The notes below the pieces were generated by a model. The model did not search any database and was not told where the DNA came from. It worked only from the letters and a program-made list of their open reading frames with translations. The translations under genes and the position numbers were made by a program. A stretch of 64,000 nt of DNA from Phoronis australis (lineage: Eukaryota; Animalia; Phoronida), in NCBI GenBank assembly GCA_002633005.1, contig NMRA01000054.1:574736-638735 (forward strand). The letters are read 5' to 3'. Position 1 is the first letter of the stretch. Each line of letters starts with the position of its first letter. Positions 51,551-64,000 of the stretch are shown here, piece after piece.

Positions 51551-53354
51551 CCGTAAACGTTTGGGTTAACGCCCATGCTCAGTTAACCGCCCACCCCCTA
51601 CTTTAGTGGATTTTCGATTTAATCACCCACTGCTCGGTTAAGCGCCCCCCTGCGATTTTTGAAGATTTCCAGTTAAGCGCCCACCTCTCGGTTAAGCGCC
51701 CATCCCCAACTTTTAAAGAATGAAGATTTAGCGCCCAGTGCTAAGGAAACGCGCGATTCCCCGACTTTTAGAAAAAGATCGATGATCACAATGAGCGCAA
51801 CGATGCCGGGCCTCCGAGACGGTGGTTTAGCAATGTGAATTGTAATTATACAAGTAACGAGTTATTGTCTTGGGTCATGGACTCACTTCAAAATATAATA
51901 CTTGAACGTTTTTGTCACTTTATTTTCTTCCCATGTTTGCAAAGTTTAAGAACGCCGCGGCGTCAAAACCTCTGCTTTCAGCGACTTTGTCTGCCGCGCT
52001 GAGTTTTCGTCTGCAGTGCACTTGATAAAACATATATTCGAAAAAATCAGGTAAGAGAAATGAGACAATGGTTAAAAGTATATAGTCACGCCCCTTTCTG
52101 TTACTTAGGACTGTCGCTATTCTCTTTTGATGTGTGACTTTGTAGTGGTGCACGTGCGCAAGTTCCCATACTTTGGAGTGCATGTTACCTTGACACCAAC
52201 ATGTGATTGACAAGTGACTCGCACGTAGGCCCTACACGCGTGCTGAATCCCACCGCTACCTTTGGCCATAAAAAACGAGATGCTTATTGAAAGAGGCCGT
52301 TATATTACTTGACAGCATTTCCAAGTCACGATTGTCAGCCGACTGAGACATTGCTTGCTAACAACGGGACTGAACAGTGCCGCAGTGCGATATTGCAAGT
52401 GATATAAATAGGATAATCTGGACATCTTGCATGAAAAATAAATGTTTTTCCACCACGAAGTTTGGTAAGGTGATTGTTTATGAATTGAAACATCACTGTT
52501 TTGCAGCGTTTTATCACATATTTATGCCGTGGCTCGAAATTTTATTCGTGATTGACGAGTGGCACACAGCCGCTTAACCCCGATTCTTGTCTAGGGCCTA
52601 CTTCTTTGCCGAGCATGTTTGGCGCAACGGCAAGTGAGTAATGCCGGGCAGTCGAGATAAAACAGCAAGCCACAGACCCATACGCTGAAAATATCATTGA
52701 GTCACGGAGTGTTGACTATAAACATCCCAAACACAAAAAAAACATCTGAATTAATGTTTTCAAACTTTTATTACAACCAATTTTAAAACTGCTCTCTGAC
52801 TATGAACTTGGCAGCTAGTATGAGACTGTAACCATAAATTTGATGTCTGCTGTGACCTCTGCAACACGTGAAGCTTGCACGCGCGCACTTTAGCAAGATG
52901 AAATAGTCGCAATCCAAGTAGAGGCTGCGTGGTCACTGGTCGTCTGCAATCTACAGGGCTAAATAACAAGACCGCAGGACGGCACGGGGCTATTACTCAT
53001 CAATTCTGTAAATTTAATAGTGAATAACTAATCTGAGGGCATGATAACCTTTGTTAGGATCATCCGCTGTTATGACATTTTTCCCGTCATGTGGCGACGT
53101 GATGATAACGCTCTTTGAAAAGTGCTACGCGTTCCGAGTAGGCCTACGTGTGTGGTGTGGGTACTTAGATCACGAGGTAAGATTAACCGCCCAGGGCGCT
53201 TGCCTGTCGTAATAATCGCCCATGTTCGATTAACCGCCCACCCTGGATTTTTTGAAGTTTCACGTTTAAGCGCCCATGTCTGGTTAACCGCCCACTCCCG
53301 ATTTTTTGAGTTTGCCAATTTAACCGCCCAGGGCGTTAGCCCGAACGTTTACGG
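51551..53354. mobile_element. Family A copy 2, full length, 1804 bp, no transposase ORF
   Basis: Same TIRs and TA flanks; multiple subterminal TTAA(C/G)CGCCCA motifs at both ends. Confidence 0.93.
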
Positions 53355-53518
53355 TATATCTCACTTGAACAGAAATTCAAAGTCTGTCAGAGAAAACATG
53401 CAAATTTGTTACTGAGATAATTTCTTACTATTGCTAGACTATGATCCCTCGTAATCATTTGGATAAATTTTTTTCAACAATTGTGAAGTTGGAGCGTAAT
53501 GTCAAATTTCTGTCTTAA

Positions 53519-54067
53519 AGAGGCCTGGAACACGAAAGCTTGTCAAAAATATCTTTTAAACAATTCGTGATGAAAATACTATCTTGCAGCGTCTAGCACA
53601 TAGTAATTTATACTTTCCCCTGTGAGGAAATTTCCAGGAAAAAATCACAAAATTTGTGATTTTTGAAATACGCGAGAAGGAAAAAATCTGTGGTTACCAC
53701 AGAGTTTCTGATCCTTCTCCCACTTATAATAAATGTACGCGTGCACTCAAAGTCAGTTGCTTGAAGCCATTTGAGGTCAAAGGTCACATTTGCCACATGA
53801 GGGTAATTTATTACTTCTATGTCTTGCCGTAACAAATAAGGAGACATGCTTTGCTTTGTGGGACAAAAATCAATGAACTGACAGTAAGTTGACAAATCAT
53901 TTTTTGACATTTGAAACTAAAAGAAAATGCTTTGATATCAACAAAAATTTAAAGTCTTTACGAGCAAACCCTAAAAGTACTTGGTGAGCAGGTTGAAAAT
54001 CGTTTTCAGTGGCAGAAAACTATTTTCAATATTGTAATTTAGTCTGTTTATTGCGGTCCAGGCCTCT
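53519..54067. mobile_element. Kolobok-like MITE
   Basis: TTAA-AGAGGCCTGGA...TCCAGGCCTCT-TTTA; purine termini at a TTAA-type target. Confidence 0.55.
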
Positions 54068-54649
54068 TTTAGTTACTTTCAGGAATCTGGTCGTTGGCCT
54101 CGGGCTTTTAAGAAGATACTTGTGCAAATTTCATGTCAATTGGTCGAAAAATACAACCTGTAGTGTGAATTCAAACAAAATTCACAACAGAGCAACAGAC
54201 TTGGAGAAATACCCTTTCGCCAAGCAATCAAATGATATTCCAAATGAAATCTTTTGCAGTGCTCTATATCATATTGACAGTCTTTACAATATCTAATTAG
54301 TGATTCTAGTTTTAGGGCAAATCAATAAAACACACACACTTATATTATAAAGCGACAATACACCCCATGCCTTGCACATTAAAGAACTCAAACATCCTTG
54401 ATTCTAAAGCTTTCCTCTCTTTGAATAACAGTAGTAGGGTACATCCACCAAGTTACAATTCTTGACCCTGACTCCTGTCATTCTTTTGTTTCATGTCCCC
54501 ATTTCATTTTGTGTCTGTCATTCCAGTGTTTTATCATTCTGCAGTGCTCACCTTTTAGGTATGCGGTTTCCTGCTGACCATGTTTTGAGTTAAGAAACGA
54601 ACTTTTGTACTTCAGTCATATGTTTTAACTAAGACCTGAAGTATGAACA

Positions 54650-56850
54650 CAGTTGTGTGTAAGAGGATTGTGAGATTTTTTAAATACAGACCAGGCTTGG
54701 TGGAATATTAAACCAATTCCCATAAAATTCACATTTAGTTATGGGTGTCAAATTTGGTATTAAAGAACTCACAATTTTGCAATATGCAGATCACTCGGTG
54801 CTCTGTGAGGACAGCTCAATTGTGTTTTTGAAAAGATCTCTTGATCTTCCAGATCAATTTTATAAATTCTCAAGCCTGGAACCAAATGCTATGTGAAAAG
54901 ACGCACTGTCTGTGAATTGGCACAAAAAGTTTAGTTGTTCATGTCTCTGCTCAAATATTGAACTTATTTGGCTGATGTCATGCTTCACCTGTTTGAGAGT
55001 TAATTTTAGTGCTTTATCCATCTGCAATTATCAAACTAAACTATAATGAAAAAAGTAACAAGATTGAAAGTTCTCACTCCAAGCACCTTGATCAAATTAT
55101 CAAATCATACTTTAAAAGCAGACATTCTGTCAAGTCCCGTGATAAATTCATTGACATACTACGCACCTCAACAGTCCTGCCCAACTGCCAGCCGATGTAT
55201 TGAAAAGCAACTCCAATCTGGAAAGATTATGACTATTGGCCAAATGTAATGTTTATCAATTCACATGTCATATATCTTGTCCTAATTATTGTGAACAGTG
55301 TTGCATTGGACATGCACTTGCAGAGCGGGTCCATTTAAGATATTTTTACACCAACATGGTCAAAAAATAACTAGGCAAGAAATAGTAAACAATACCATTA
55401 TTCGCTGTGTTGAAAATGACACATTTCGGTTAAAGATTTTGGAGTCATGAAAACCTTTGGTGAATGAGTAGCTCACAGGTGTGTACTGCGCGCTGACTCT
55501 GTTCCTTTAGGCTTGATACATCGGGATTCACGCTGTAGCTTGTATGCCCTTCTACTTGGTGTCAGCGTTTATTCCACTGTTATTTTGCTTCCTATATGTT
55601 CATTTCACTCCGCATTACCTGAAGATATGACGTGTGGTCTTGAAATAGAGCTAATATTTTAACTTGCTTGTTTGTTAAGTCTCTTGGTGTTTTGCGTCAT
55701 AGCTGCACGCCTGAAGATGGAAGATTGTTTAGAGACTACAATCGAGAGCCAGCCAACTGTCTTATGAAAAGTTCAGTGATACCTTCAACCAGGATTGAAA
55801 GAGAAATAATGACCTGTCTAGAAGATCTGATCATTAACTCCTCTTGGCACAATTACTGTAACTTAAACTCTCTTATTACCTAAGCTGGTTCATTTGCTCC
55901 TTGTTTGCTGTTGCCATCTAGACAGTCAATCACTTTAATGTTTTAAACTAATATGTCTCAGGTTGGTTTGGTTTAGCAAAAATGATAGGATAAAGAGAAC
56001 TGAAACGTTACAAAATTAGAAGTGGTTATAAAACGATTCACATGACATATTTTATCAGTTCTCTAAGCTACCTAGGTTCCACCAATGTATTTCAACCAAT
56101 GATGTTTTTTGGAACGAATTGTTATTATATTGCAATACCACCAGTTGTGTTGTAATAACTTTCTACGTTTTGGGTGTTCTTTTTACGATATGTGTTCACA
56201 GAAAACTACAGTGTTATTTTGCCTAGCTTCAGGACACTGAGAAAGATGAAGTTTTTCAATATCAGCCAATCTGGTGTCTATATAGTTGTTAATATGGTAA
56301 CAGTCTTTCATGAGTGCTGGTACGAAAAAGTTACTATTGATATTTATTATTTGCTTGACTGACGGAATTTTTCTGTCTTATGCATCAATTTATCAGGTTT
56401 GATTTCTCTCCACCAGGATTCCAGAAATATGAAGTTTTCTGTATGTCTTCCATATTTCCAGTCAATGTTAGCAAATATTAAGAAGTAAACGTGAATGTTA
56501 CCAGTTGAAGGCATTTACAAAAAACCAACACATCAGCTGAGATGGGAATCACTAATTAATGTCCTTGGTTCATCTGAATAATAGAGGGATGTTTATGCTT
56601 GCTTAAATGACTTTCTTTTCAAAATTGGTATCTGAGAGTCAGATCTCAGCACTTTTTGTAAAAAAGGAGACAAAGAATGCAACTCGTCATCTTTACTGGG
56701 ATTGTAGCGTGATGAAAACTTTCTGGTCTGCAATAATTCAATGGTTATTTTCGAAAACCCAAAATTTACTTATCGTCTCATCAATGGATGTTTTCTTTTA
56801 TAAACTACAGCCCAGAAACACACCTGTTTTGAGTAAGCAATAATTGAAAC
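54650..56850 (+). mobile_element. Heavily decayed L1/Tx1-clade LINE ORF2 with insertions
   Basis: GVKFGIKELTILQYADHSVL (YADD-derived) at about 54745-54805, then FYKFSSLEPN...KTHCL*IG. C-terminal zinc knuckle TFCKKE...HLYWDCSVMKTFWSAIIQWL at about 56650-56750. Confidence 0.75.
55540..55745 (+). mobile_element. Penelope-like terminal repeat with two hammerhead-like cores, inserted in the LINE
   Basis: CTGAAGA-TATGAC-GTGTG-GTCTT-GAAA at 55619-55645 and a second CTGAAGA at 55711. Homologous to the reverse complement of 32170-32345. Confidence 0.55.
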
Positions 56851-58690
56851 CTATTCAGTCGGCCTAGGGTAAGTGGTAGGTACATGAATCGAAATTTTTT
56901 TTTGCCACTGAATGTGTGTTTATAAATTGTATAAATGTAAAGCCATGAATTTAGTCATTTTTTGCTAAAACTTTTTAGCTTGAACAATTTAGCTTTAAAC
57001 ACATACTGCTCTATACAATCTTGATAGTGCAGAAAATGTTTATTTGTGTGATACATCATTCGCTCTAATTCTTTTGCAGCGGAAAAAGCACTATGATCAC
57101 ATGTGATGTGTTAAAAAGTTTTAATTTCAATGCTTTGCTTTTAGTCTGATTTAAAACGTTTTAACCTTGAAGTTAAATCCTTTCAAATCCATTTTAAAAA
57201 AATCATCCAACTAAAACGTTTTAAGATGCTCTTATGCATGCAGTTCTAAATAGTTAAGAAGCTTGATTAAGTCAACATTAGCCGCGAAGCACTTAGACAA
57301 GGGTCATGCGTTGGATATTCATCATGCTCAATAAATGTTAACGGACAGTGCAAGTGCTCAGCTCAAGACAAGAAGCTTTGAAGCATTATATTGTAGATGT
57401 GATAATGCGGACTGGTGATCAATTCTCACATCTTGAAATCATGTGGTCTTTTATGGAGGTATAAAAATGCAGTTTGATGGCCTTAATTTTGAATTGTAGG
57501 GCTACTAACATGCTTCTGTACCGGCTGGGTAAGAGTAGTGAAGAACATTGTGTTGCTCCTCGCTGAGCGTTTTAATTAATTGTCTTTTTTGTCTGCATTA
57601 CAACTCACTATTCTCATCAGAATTATAAATGGCAATCTATTTTAATGTAAAGTAGTGATTAGGATTAGTGTACTATTATGGGGTGAGTGCCCCATGTACA
57701 GCATTGCGGGTAAATACTGCATGATCAGAGGGGGCGCTGTAGTATTTGTAGAAGTGGTTCGCTGGGATGGAGCTACGATTTAAGTGATGTGTGGTTACTC
57801 TACCAGGGGTGCAGTTTTGTTGTGCTGTTGTTAGATCTGTCACTGAATAGTGTCCTTTCACACTGTTGGTGCGCGCGGCTGAATCTAGAGGCCCTGGTTT
57901 TCTGTTTTCAGAGAAATATGTTTTATCAAATAATAAGTCGTTATATTTTGTTTCGTATGCAAAGAATTGTGTTCTAGTATATACTTGTGGTCAACGATAC
58001 CCTCTTGTTTATATTAATGTTGCAACATGTTTTCTGAACAAGACATTATGTAGGGTCCTGTGATTACGAGAATTCTGAAGCATTTCCAACAATCTCAAGA
58101 TGCTGCTGTTTGGTTGATGTTATTAATTTAAGGGAGGTGTCTCTTTGGAACTGCATGCAACTGACCACAGTGAACCACATGGGGTACTCTTTCATGGAGG
58201 GTTGGTAGGCACATGGTGCCATCTCTGATATCGTATTGGGTGTGTGTTTTATCTCTCGAGTGGTATTGATTGGATTCAGTATTTTTTGCTTGACGCCTGG
58301 AAAGGGTAAACAGTTACAAATAGGATGGTTCACCCAGTATTATGTGCGAAATCTCAACAATAATGTACATTTCACATTTTTGGTGATGTGATGTGATGCT
58401 TGGGAATTTGCTCAGTGATCTGGTGTTCAACCTTCAGGTAAAACTCGAGGACACAGAATGGAAAGTCTTTACTGGCCAATGAGCTGTTATTCTCAGCGTT
58501 GTGCCAGCTAATGCTCAGTCTTCCTAATTACCAATTACTGATTTGCGGTATTTGCAAATTTTCTTCGTCCTTGACTGTCAGATGTTCATGGATATTTTTA
58601 TGATAGGAAATGTTCTGACGTACGGAAGTAGCTGTTGGCTTTAGAGCACAGCTTTAACATCATATGTACCAAAGACTAGGTTTTTCATAT

Positions 58691-59910
58691 TGTGGTAGTC
58701 GCGCGATTTTCGGACGGCCCGCCATTTTGGGACAAGAATAAATATTTCTGAAATGAGTTTTTTATGGTCCATGAAATTCGTACGAGGTCCAAAAGCTGTT
58801 TTTCAATGATCCTCGAATTTCAGACAATGTCATAAACATCGGATTTCTGTCCCCCGACTTTCGGACAAGGGGAATTTTAGAACCGCTAATTTTGGATCGA
58901 CGCAACTCTCATGTCACTAAAGCGTTCAATGGATGATTACTACTCTGTAAGGCTTTAGCTGTAAAAAATGGTTGGGTGAATTTGATGTTGGTAGCATTTG
59001 AAATTGCATTCGCATTCTAGACTACGCCCTTCTATATGCAATATGTTAGTTAATCGTGTCTTCAGCTGTGCAGCGCTGTACGAGTCGACACATTCCCATC
59101 GTTTGCAGTAGGCCTAAACATGTAGAACATGTAGTGGTCCCGAGTCCGATGTGCTTCTTCAACAATTCAGATGACTACCAGATCGACAAATGGGGATCAC
59201 GTGTGGATGACAAACTACTCATTTTACTATCATGATTGTCTTTGTAACCTAGTTTGGATAATTGTTCATTCGACGTGTTCATGTTGAAACTAAGCTTTCA
59301 GTTAATATGGAAATAAAGGTGTCAGAGTTAACTTGCGTTTCGGTTTGTAAGTAGCAGATGCATGGATGCGTTTAACAAATATGAATATATACTCTGTTCT
59401 CGTCATTGGTCATCACTTTCTTCATTGCACATCCATTACTGTTATGTTTAACGCAAATTCGTTAAAATTGAGAAAGCGCATGTTTTGATGATCGGGAACC
59501 CTCATTGTGAGTCGAATACGCAAGTTCAGCTTTTTATTGGGAAACCACATTGAAAAAAGTGCTTATCGGGCCACTCTTTGTGGGTTGACAACGCAAACTT
59601 TTTCTGAAAAAATGCATTTTTACAAAAGAGAATCGGTTGTCTGGAACGTTTCATGTGTGTCAACAATGCAAACCAGACCCACTCATAGGAAAGCCCATAT
59701 TTGTCACGAGGAACACTCTTTTTTTCACAACACAGCCCGATATTTCAAGTGTGATAGTGCATTTTTGAAAAAAATTCGCCACTTGCCGTGAAAGGTTTTT
59801 GAGCATCAGCAATGCAAGCCAAATATTTCATATTGAAAAAGCGTACTTGTCGAGAACGTTCTTTGTGCGTCGACAACACACATTTCTTATTGGGAAAGCC
59901 AGTTTTTTAA
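58691..59910. mobile_element. Family B copy 2 (left TIR present, internal deletion, right end missing)
   Basis: Left end GGTAGTCGCGCGATTTTCGGAC approximates the reverse complement of the copy 1 right end. About 1 kb of direct homology to copy 1. Confidence 0.8.
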
Positions 59911-60745
59911 AAAAAGTGTTTTGAAGGTGTTCTCATTTGAGGCGTGGCGAATTGGTGGTGACCTGAGATTTTTACGAAATCTGAAATCTCATTGGTGACC
60001 AGCAGGTTGCCATATCAAGCCCTGTCTATCTGTAGAAGCATAAGCTACCAAAAATCAATTTCATCTTTTTAGTTAGTGTTTTGGCTTTGGATGATGTGTT
60101 TGTAAAGCATTGGCTGATTATTCATTTTATGTGCTTAATTAGTGGAAGTGACAGAAGCTGGAGCAACAACCATTAGTTCTCAATATACAGGGTGTTACAA
60201 CATGGTGCAACACCTTTAAAGAGATTGGTTCACAGCTATTTAGTTGTAGTTATACGCATGTGTTGACTGTTAATAAAGTTTGCTTGTAAACCACATTTCT
60301 TTTTATTTCATACCCTATATTCTATTATTTGTTTAAAACATGCTCCTACTTCCCAAACAAAATTTTGAGAACAGAAAATTTTGAACTTTTCGGCTATCTT
60401 CGGAATCACGTCACATCAGGAACACATCAAGAATTGCTGACCGGATCACTGCCAGAGTCTGTCCATAGGTTTGTTTGGCTTGGACTATCTGGCACAAATG
60501 GAATCTTTGTGTTTGTTAGAAAGCAACTTTTGCCCATTACTTTTCTGAAATGTGACACATATGTACCTGGTCTTGTGTGTTGCCATAAACATTTTACAGT
60601 ACTTAATTAGTAGGGAGGTGACCTGATCATTGCAGTCAGCCTTACTAAGTCCTCAGTGTCCACTGCTGTGTGCCAAGAGAAGTACGTTTTTCAAATGTAG
60701 ACGGATGTTTAGATTTAAACTGGAATAAATATTTAAAGAAGAAGA

Positions 60746-61015
60746 ATGCCTGATCATTGTGTAGTTGGAGGCTGTGGCAATACACCAAGGACTGGGGTAT
60801 CTTTGCACAAGTTTCCCACTAATCTAAGACTGCGTCGCAAGTGAGAATACTTTGCGAAGTCCACGAGTGGAGCGTTGCCGTATTTGATAGTGTGTAGCGA
60901 ACATATTTCTATGGACTGCTTCTAGAATGACAGCCTGTGATCCGAGTATGGTTGTAAACCAGGATGAGTGAACTTTTAGAGAGCATTCGAAACGGTACAT
61001 GCCGTCGCTTTCCAG
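60746..61015 (+). pseudogene. THAP zinc-finger domain relic (probably transposon-derived)
   Basis: MPDHCVVGGCGNTPRTGVSLHKFPTNLRLRRK*EYFAKST...IVCSEHISMDCF*. This is the C-x4-C...FP...W...CSxH THAP pattern with the conserved Trp changed to TGA (60842-60844) and a second stop at 60923. Confidence 0.85.
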
Positions 61016-63556
61016 AAACTAGTGGGTCTTGAGCTAGTATGAACAACCTAACATTCAAAACAGCGGATAGCATCGACGGACACTGTCGGACAGGATTAGT
61101 GCTAGAAGTAACCAGTAGATTGCTTTTCTTTTGAATTACAGTTTTTGCAACATACCGGTAAGTGTTTGTAGGTGGATGTGCTGAATAGCTTGGTGCTCGT
61201 TACCTGTCTTTGCAATGCATTGAATTTTAGCCTAGTCTATCGCTAGCTGGACTAAATGAACAGTAAGAGTAGGGCTGTCCAACCAATTTTTTTTTCGATT
61301 TGCAAAAATACTTCTATATAATCGGAAAGATAATGCATCCCACTCAATAAAAATTGAAAAATCGGGTTAAGCAGTGCACATTTATTGCAATTTTGATGGA
61401 GAAATTTGGGTCATTTGTTTGGATCTGGTTGCTCATCTTGGACAACAGCAGCATAAGTTACGAGTTTAAAACCATGCATAATTTATTTTCACCAATAATT
61501 TACGATGAAATTTAGTGAGAAAGATGTATACCTACTATTCTGAGCGATTCAATAGTTTTCATTGGATTTCAGCCAAGCAGATGTTACTTATTGAGTGATA
61601 AAAATGCTCACAATTCCCATTGAACTTAGTCTCATTTCCGGCGTCACCGACAACATGGCGACTTATGCTGAACTGAAGGGCATGTTCAATCGGCTAGTTT
61701 GTACTTGATGAAATTTTAACTTTGATACATTTTGATGAAAGCTGCTACAAAAAAGCAACTTTGCACAATGTTTACGTTTTTGTGCAAAAAGTATAAGGAA
61801 TATTCTAATTATTGCATTGTGATTATCCTATTCAGTTGACCATACACTCAGCTTAAAAATACTTGAAAACGTTTTGAATTTGTTTTTTCTTTGAAAGTCA
61901 ATTGCGCTTCAAAGTTTGATTATCTGTCACAACATAATTCATATTTTTCTAAATTTTACGTATGAATCGTTCTTTCAATACATGCATTGTAACTTTTTGC
62001 TTTCTTAATTCAAGTTATCAAGGTCCAAAATGTAAATGCTCTTAATTAGAGTAATAGGCCATGTTAGATTGTGAAGCTTCCAGCCTCCAATCCTTTTTCC
62101 ATGCAACTTCTTATTTTTTCAAATCATGCTTGTCGAATTCTAATGTAAGGAAATACCCGGTCGCCATGGTAATAATTAGGCATAGCCACTTTCACATCAT
62201 GTAAATTTGTCTTGTTGTTGGATAACGTTTGTAATGCTTAAACGTTCTAAAATACCGTGCATTCTAAGTTACTTATTTTGGTAAAAGATTTAACTCACAT
62301 ATAAACTTTAATGTACTGAGATTATTTCAGTTGTGACTTATGTACAGTAGCAGTAACCTTCAACTACCTTGAAAGTCTTTCACTGTAGAAACCAAATATA
62401 ATTCCGACTGAAAGCACTTGATTTTAATTTGATTTCTAGGACTCAGTGACCAAAGCATGATAGAATTAACTTGCCGTAATGAACGACTGAAATAATACGT
62501 TCACTGGCATCTTCAGGTAATATTCATTTGATGCCTTGGGTTTATTATTATTTCAATAGATGAACACATGAATTTAAAAAACCAAGTTCAGAGGACTTCC
62601 ACTTCAAGTGTTCTTGTAATTCTGTCATTGAGATTGCCACCTCTATTCAAATTTCAATTGTATACATGGTTAAATTAAAAGGTATTTCCCTTTCTACTCA
62701 TTGCTGAAAGTGAAAAAAATGAAAACTGCAATATTTTGTATTAGGCTTGATTGTCTGTGATACACTGGTCTTTACATCTCCTTGGCGAAAAACAATTTAA
62801 TTATGCCAACAAATGGAGTTGAAAGGAATTACCAAATGAAGCAAGCAAAATTTTGGAGGGTTGGCTGCTTGTAGCCATTGCAATACACAGTTGTCTTCCT
62901 GGTCTGACATCACAGACGGTTATGTAACCCCATATGCCTGTTCTCAGAATTGTCTGGCTGAAGTCGAAGAAGGTCACTCATAACTGCTGGGCTTTTCTCA
63001 TTAATAACGCTGTGTGGACAAGAACTGCACTGTGCAAAAGATTCACACAGTGCCATTATTTGTTTTGAAAAGCAGTTGTTTTGGTGTGAAACTATGTCTT
63101 TAAGCTGCATTTTGCATTGTTTAGCTGGCAAAATGAAATCTATTTAAGCCTTTTTCTCTCATAAGATATATTTGTTAATATTTCTTACCATGATGGTATT
63201 CTATTTCCATTACAAACAAGAGCAATGAAACTATTGATAGTCACTTGAGAAAATGCTTCACATTTTATTGCACAATTCAAAACCACCAGCTACTTGAGAA
63301 ATTTCTTCACAGGTTTGTTGGAGTTCAGACCAATCCAAACATCGGTTGTTTTTTGGTGGCATTCTCCTTTAACACATGAGGAACCTCTTGTTTTGGCAAA
63401 TTATAAATGAAATACACTCCATAGTTTTGATACACCCTGTTGTGTACTATACTTGGCAATTGGTTTCTTAGCATATGTGCTAATCTGTTTCAGTCAACTT
63501 CATCACTAACTGTATTTGTTTCAATTAACTGCTTGCTAGAGTTAACGAGCTGTTAT

Positions 63557-64000
63557 TACTTGGCGGAATTCTTTGAATTCTGCCAAGTATGTTGGTCTGA
63601 CAGCAAGTTGGCGAAATATATTTCGCCAAGTATGTTGCTCTTCCACTAAGTTTTTTTTTTTCAGACCAACATACTTGGCGGAATTCCCAGAATTCCGCCA
63701 AGTATGTTGGTCTGACGGCAAGTTTTTTTTACTTGGCGGAATTCTTCCGCCAAGTATGTTGGTCTGACAGCAAGTTTTTACTTGGCGGAATTCTTCCGCC
63801 AAGTATGTTTTTACTTGGCGGAATTCTTCGAATTCCGTCAAGTATGTTGCTCTGACAGCAAGTTTTTTACTTGGCGAAATAAATTTCGCCAAGTATGTGG
63901 CTCTTCCACTAAGTTTTTACTTGGCGGAATTCTTCCGCCAAGTATGTTGCTTTGACAGCAAGTTTTTACTTGGCGGAATTCTTCCGCCAAGTATGTTGCT
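63557..64000. repeat. Tandem array of palindromic units (about 50 bp), running off the window
   Basis: About 9 units of TACTTGGCGGAA-loop-TTCCGCCAAGTA separated by TGTTGGTCTGACAGCAAGTTTTT or TGTTGCTCTTCCACTAAGTTTTT linkers. Confidence 0.95.

Noticed and set aside
60842-60844. Selenocysteine or readthrough at the in-frame TGA of the THAP relic
   Set aside because: It replaces a conserved Trp (TGG to TGA, one transition) and further stops follow, so this is simple decay.
63557-64000. CRISPR-like array of palindromic repeats
   Set aside because: The linkers are themselves repeated rather than unique, there are no cas genes, and the context is an intron-containing animal genome.

Overview
AT-rich, intron-containing animal genomic DNA, most plausibly from a marine invertebrate (the species cannot be fixed from sequence alone), with three assembly gaps. 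Two host genes can be assembled by eye on the minus strand from GT-AG exons with consistent phases. One is a complete GAS2-family gene (CH domain plus GAR domain, 6 coding exons, 380 aa, 19555-28015). The other, downstream of it, is the 5' part of a NELL-family gene (signal peptide, TSPN/LamG domain, coiled coil; 6 exons, 11707 down to 29, continuing beyond the window). Everything else recognisable is mobile-element or repeat material: TA-flanked TIR elements, MITEs, a Helentron-associated (HINE/DINE-1-type) element, decayed LINEs, Penelope-like fragments with degenerate hammerhead cores, a THAP pseudogene and a palindromic satellite. The most unusual object is a nested set of miniature LTR retroelements at 44.5-45.3 kb. 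Their LTRs carry a tRNA-like Pol III cassette, and the set shows a tRNA-Ser primer-binding site, a polypurine tract and a 4-bp target-site duplication. Most entries in the supplied ORF track are spurious. All calls were made by eye; no database search was run.
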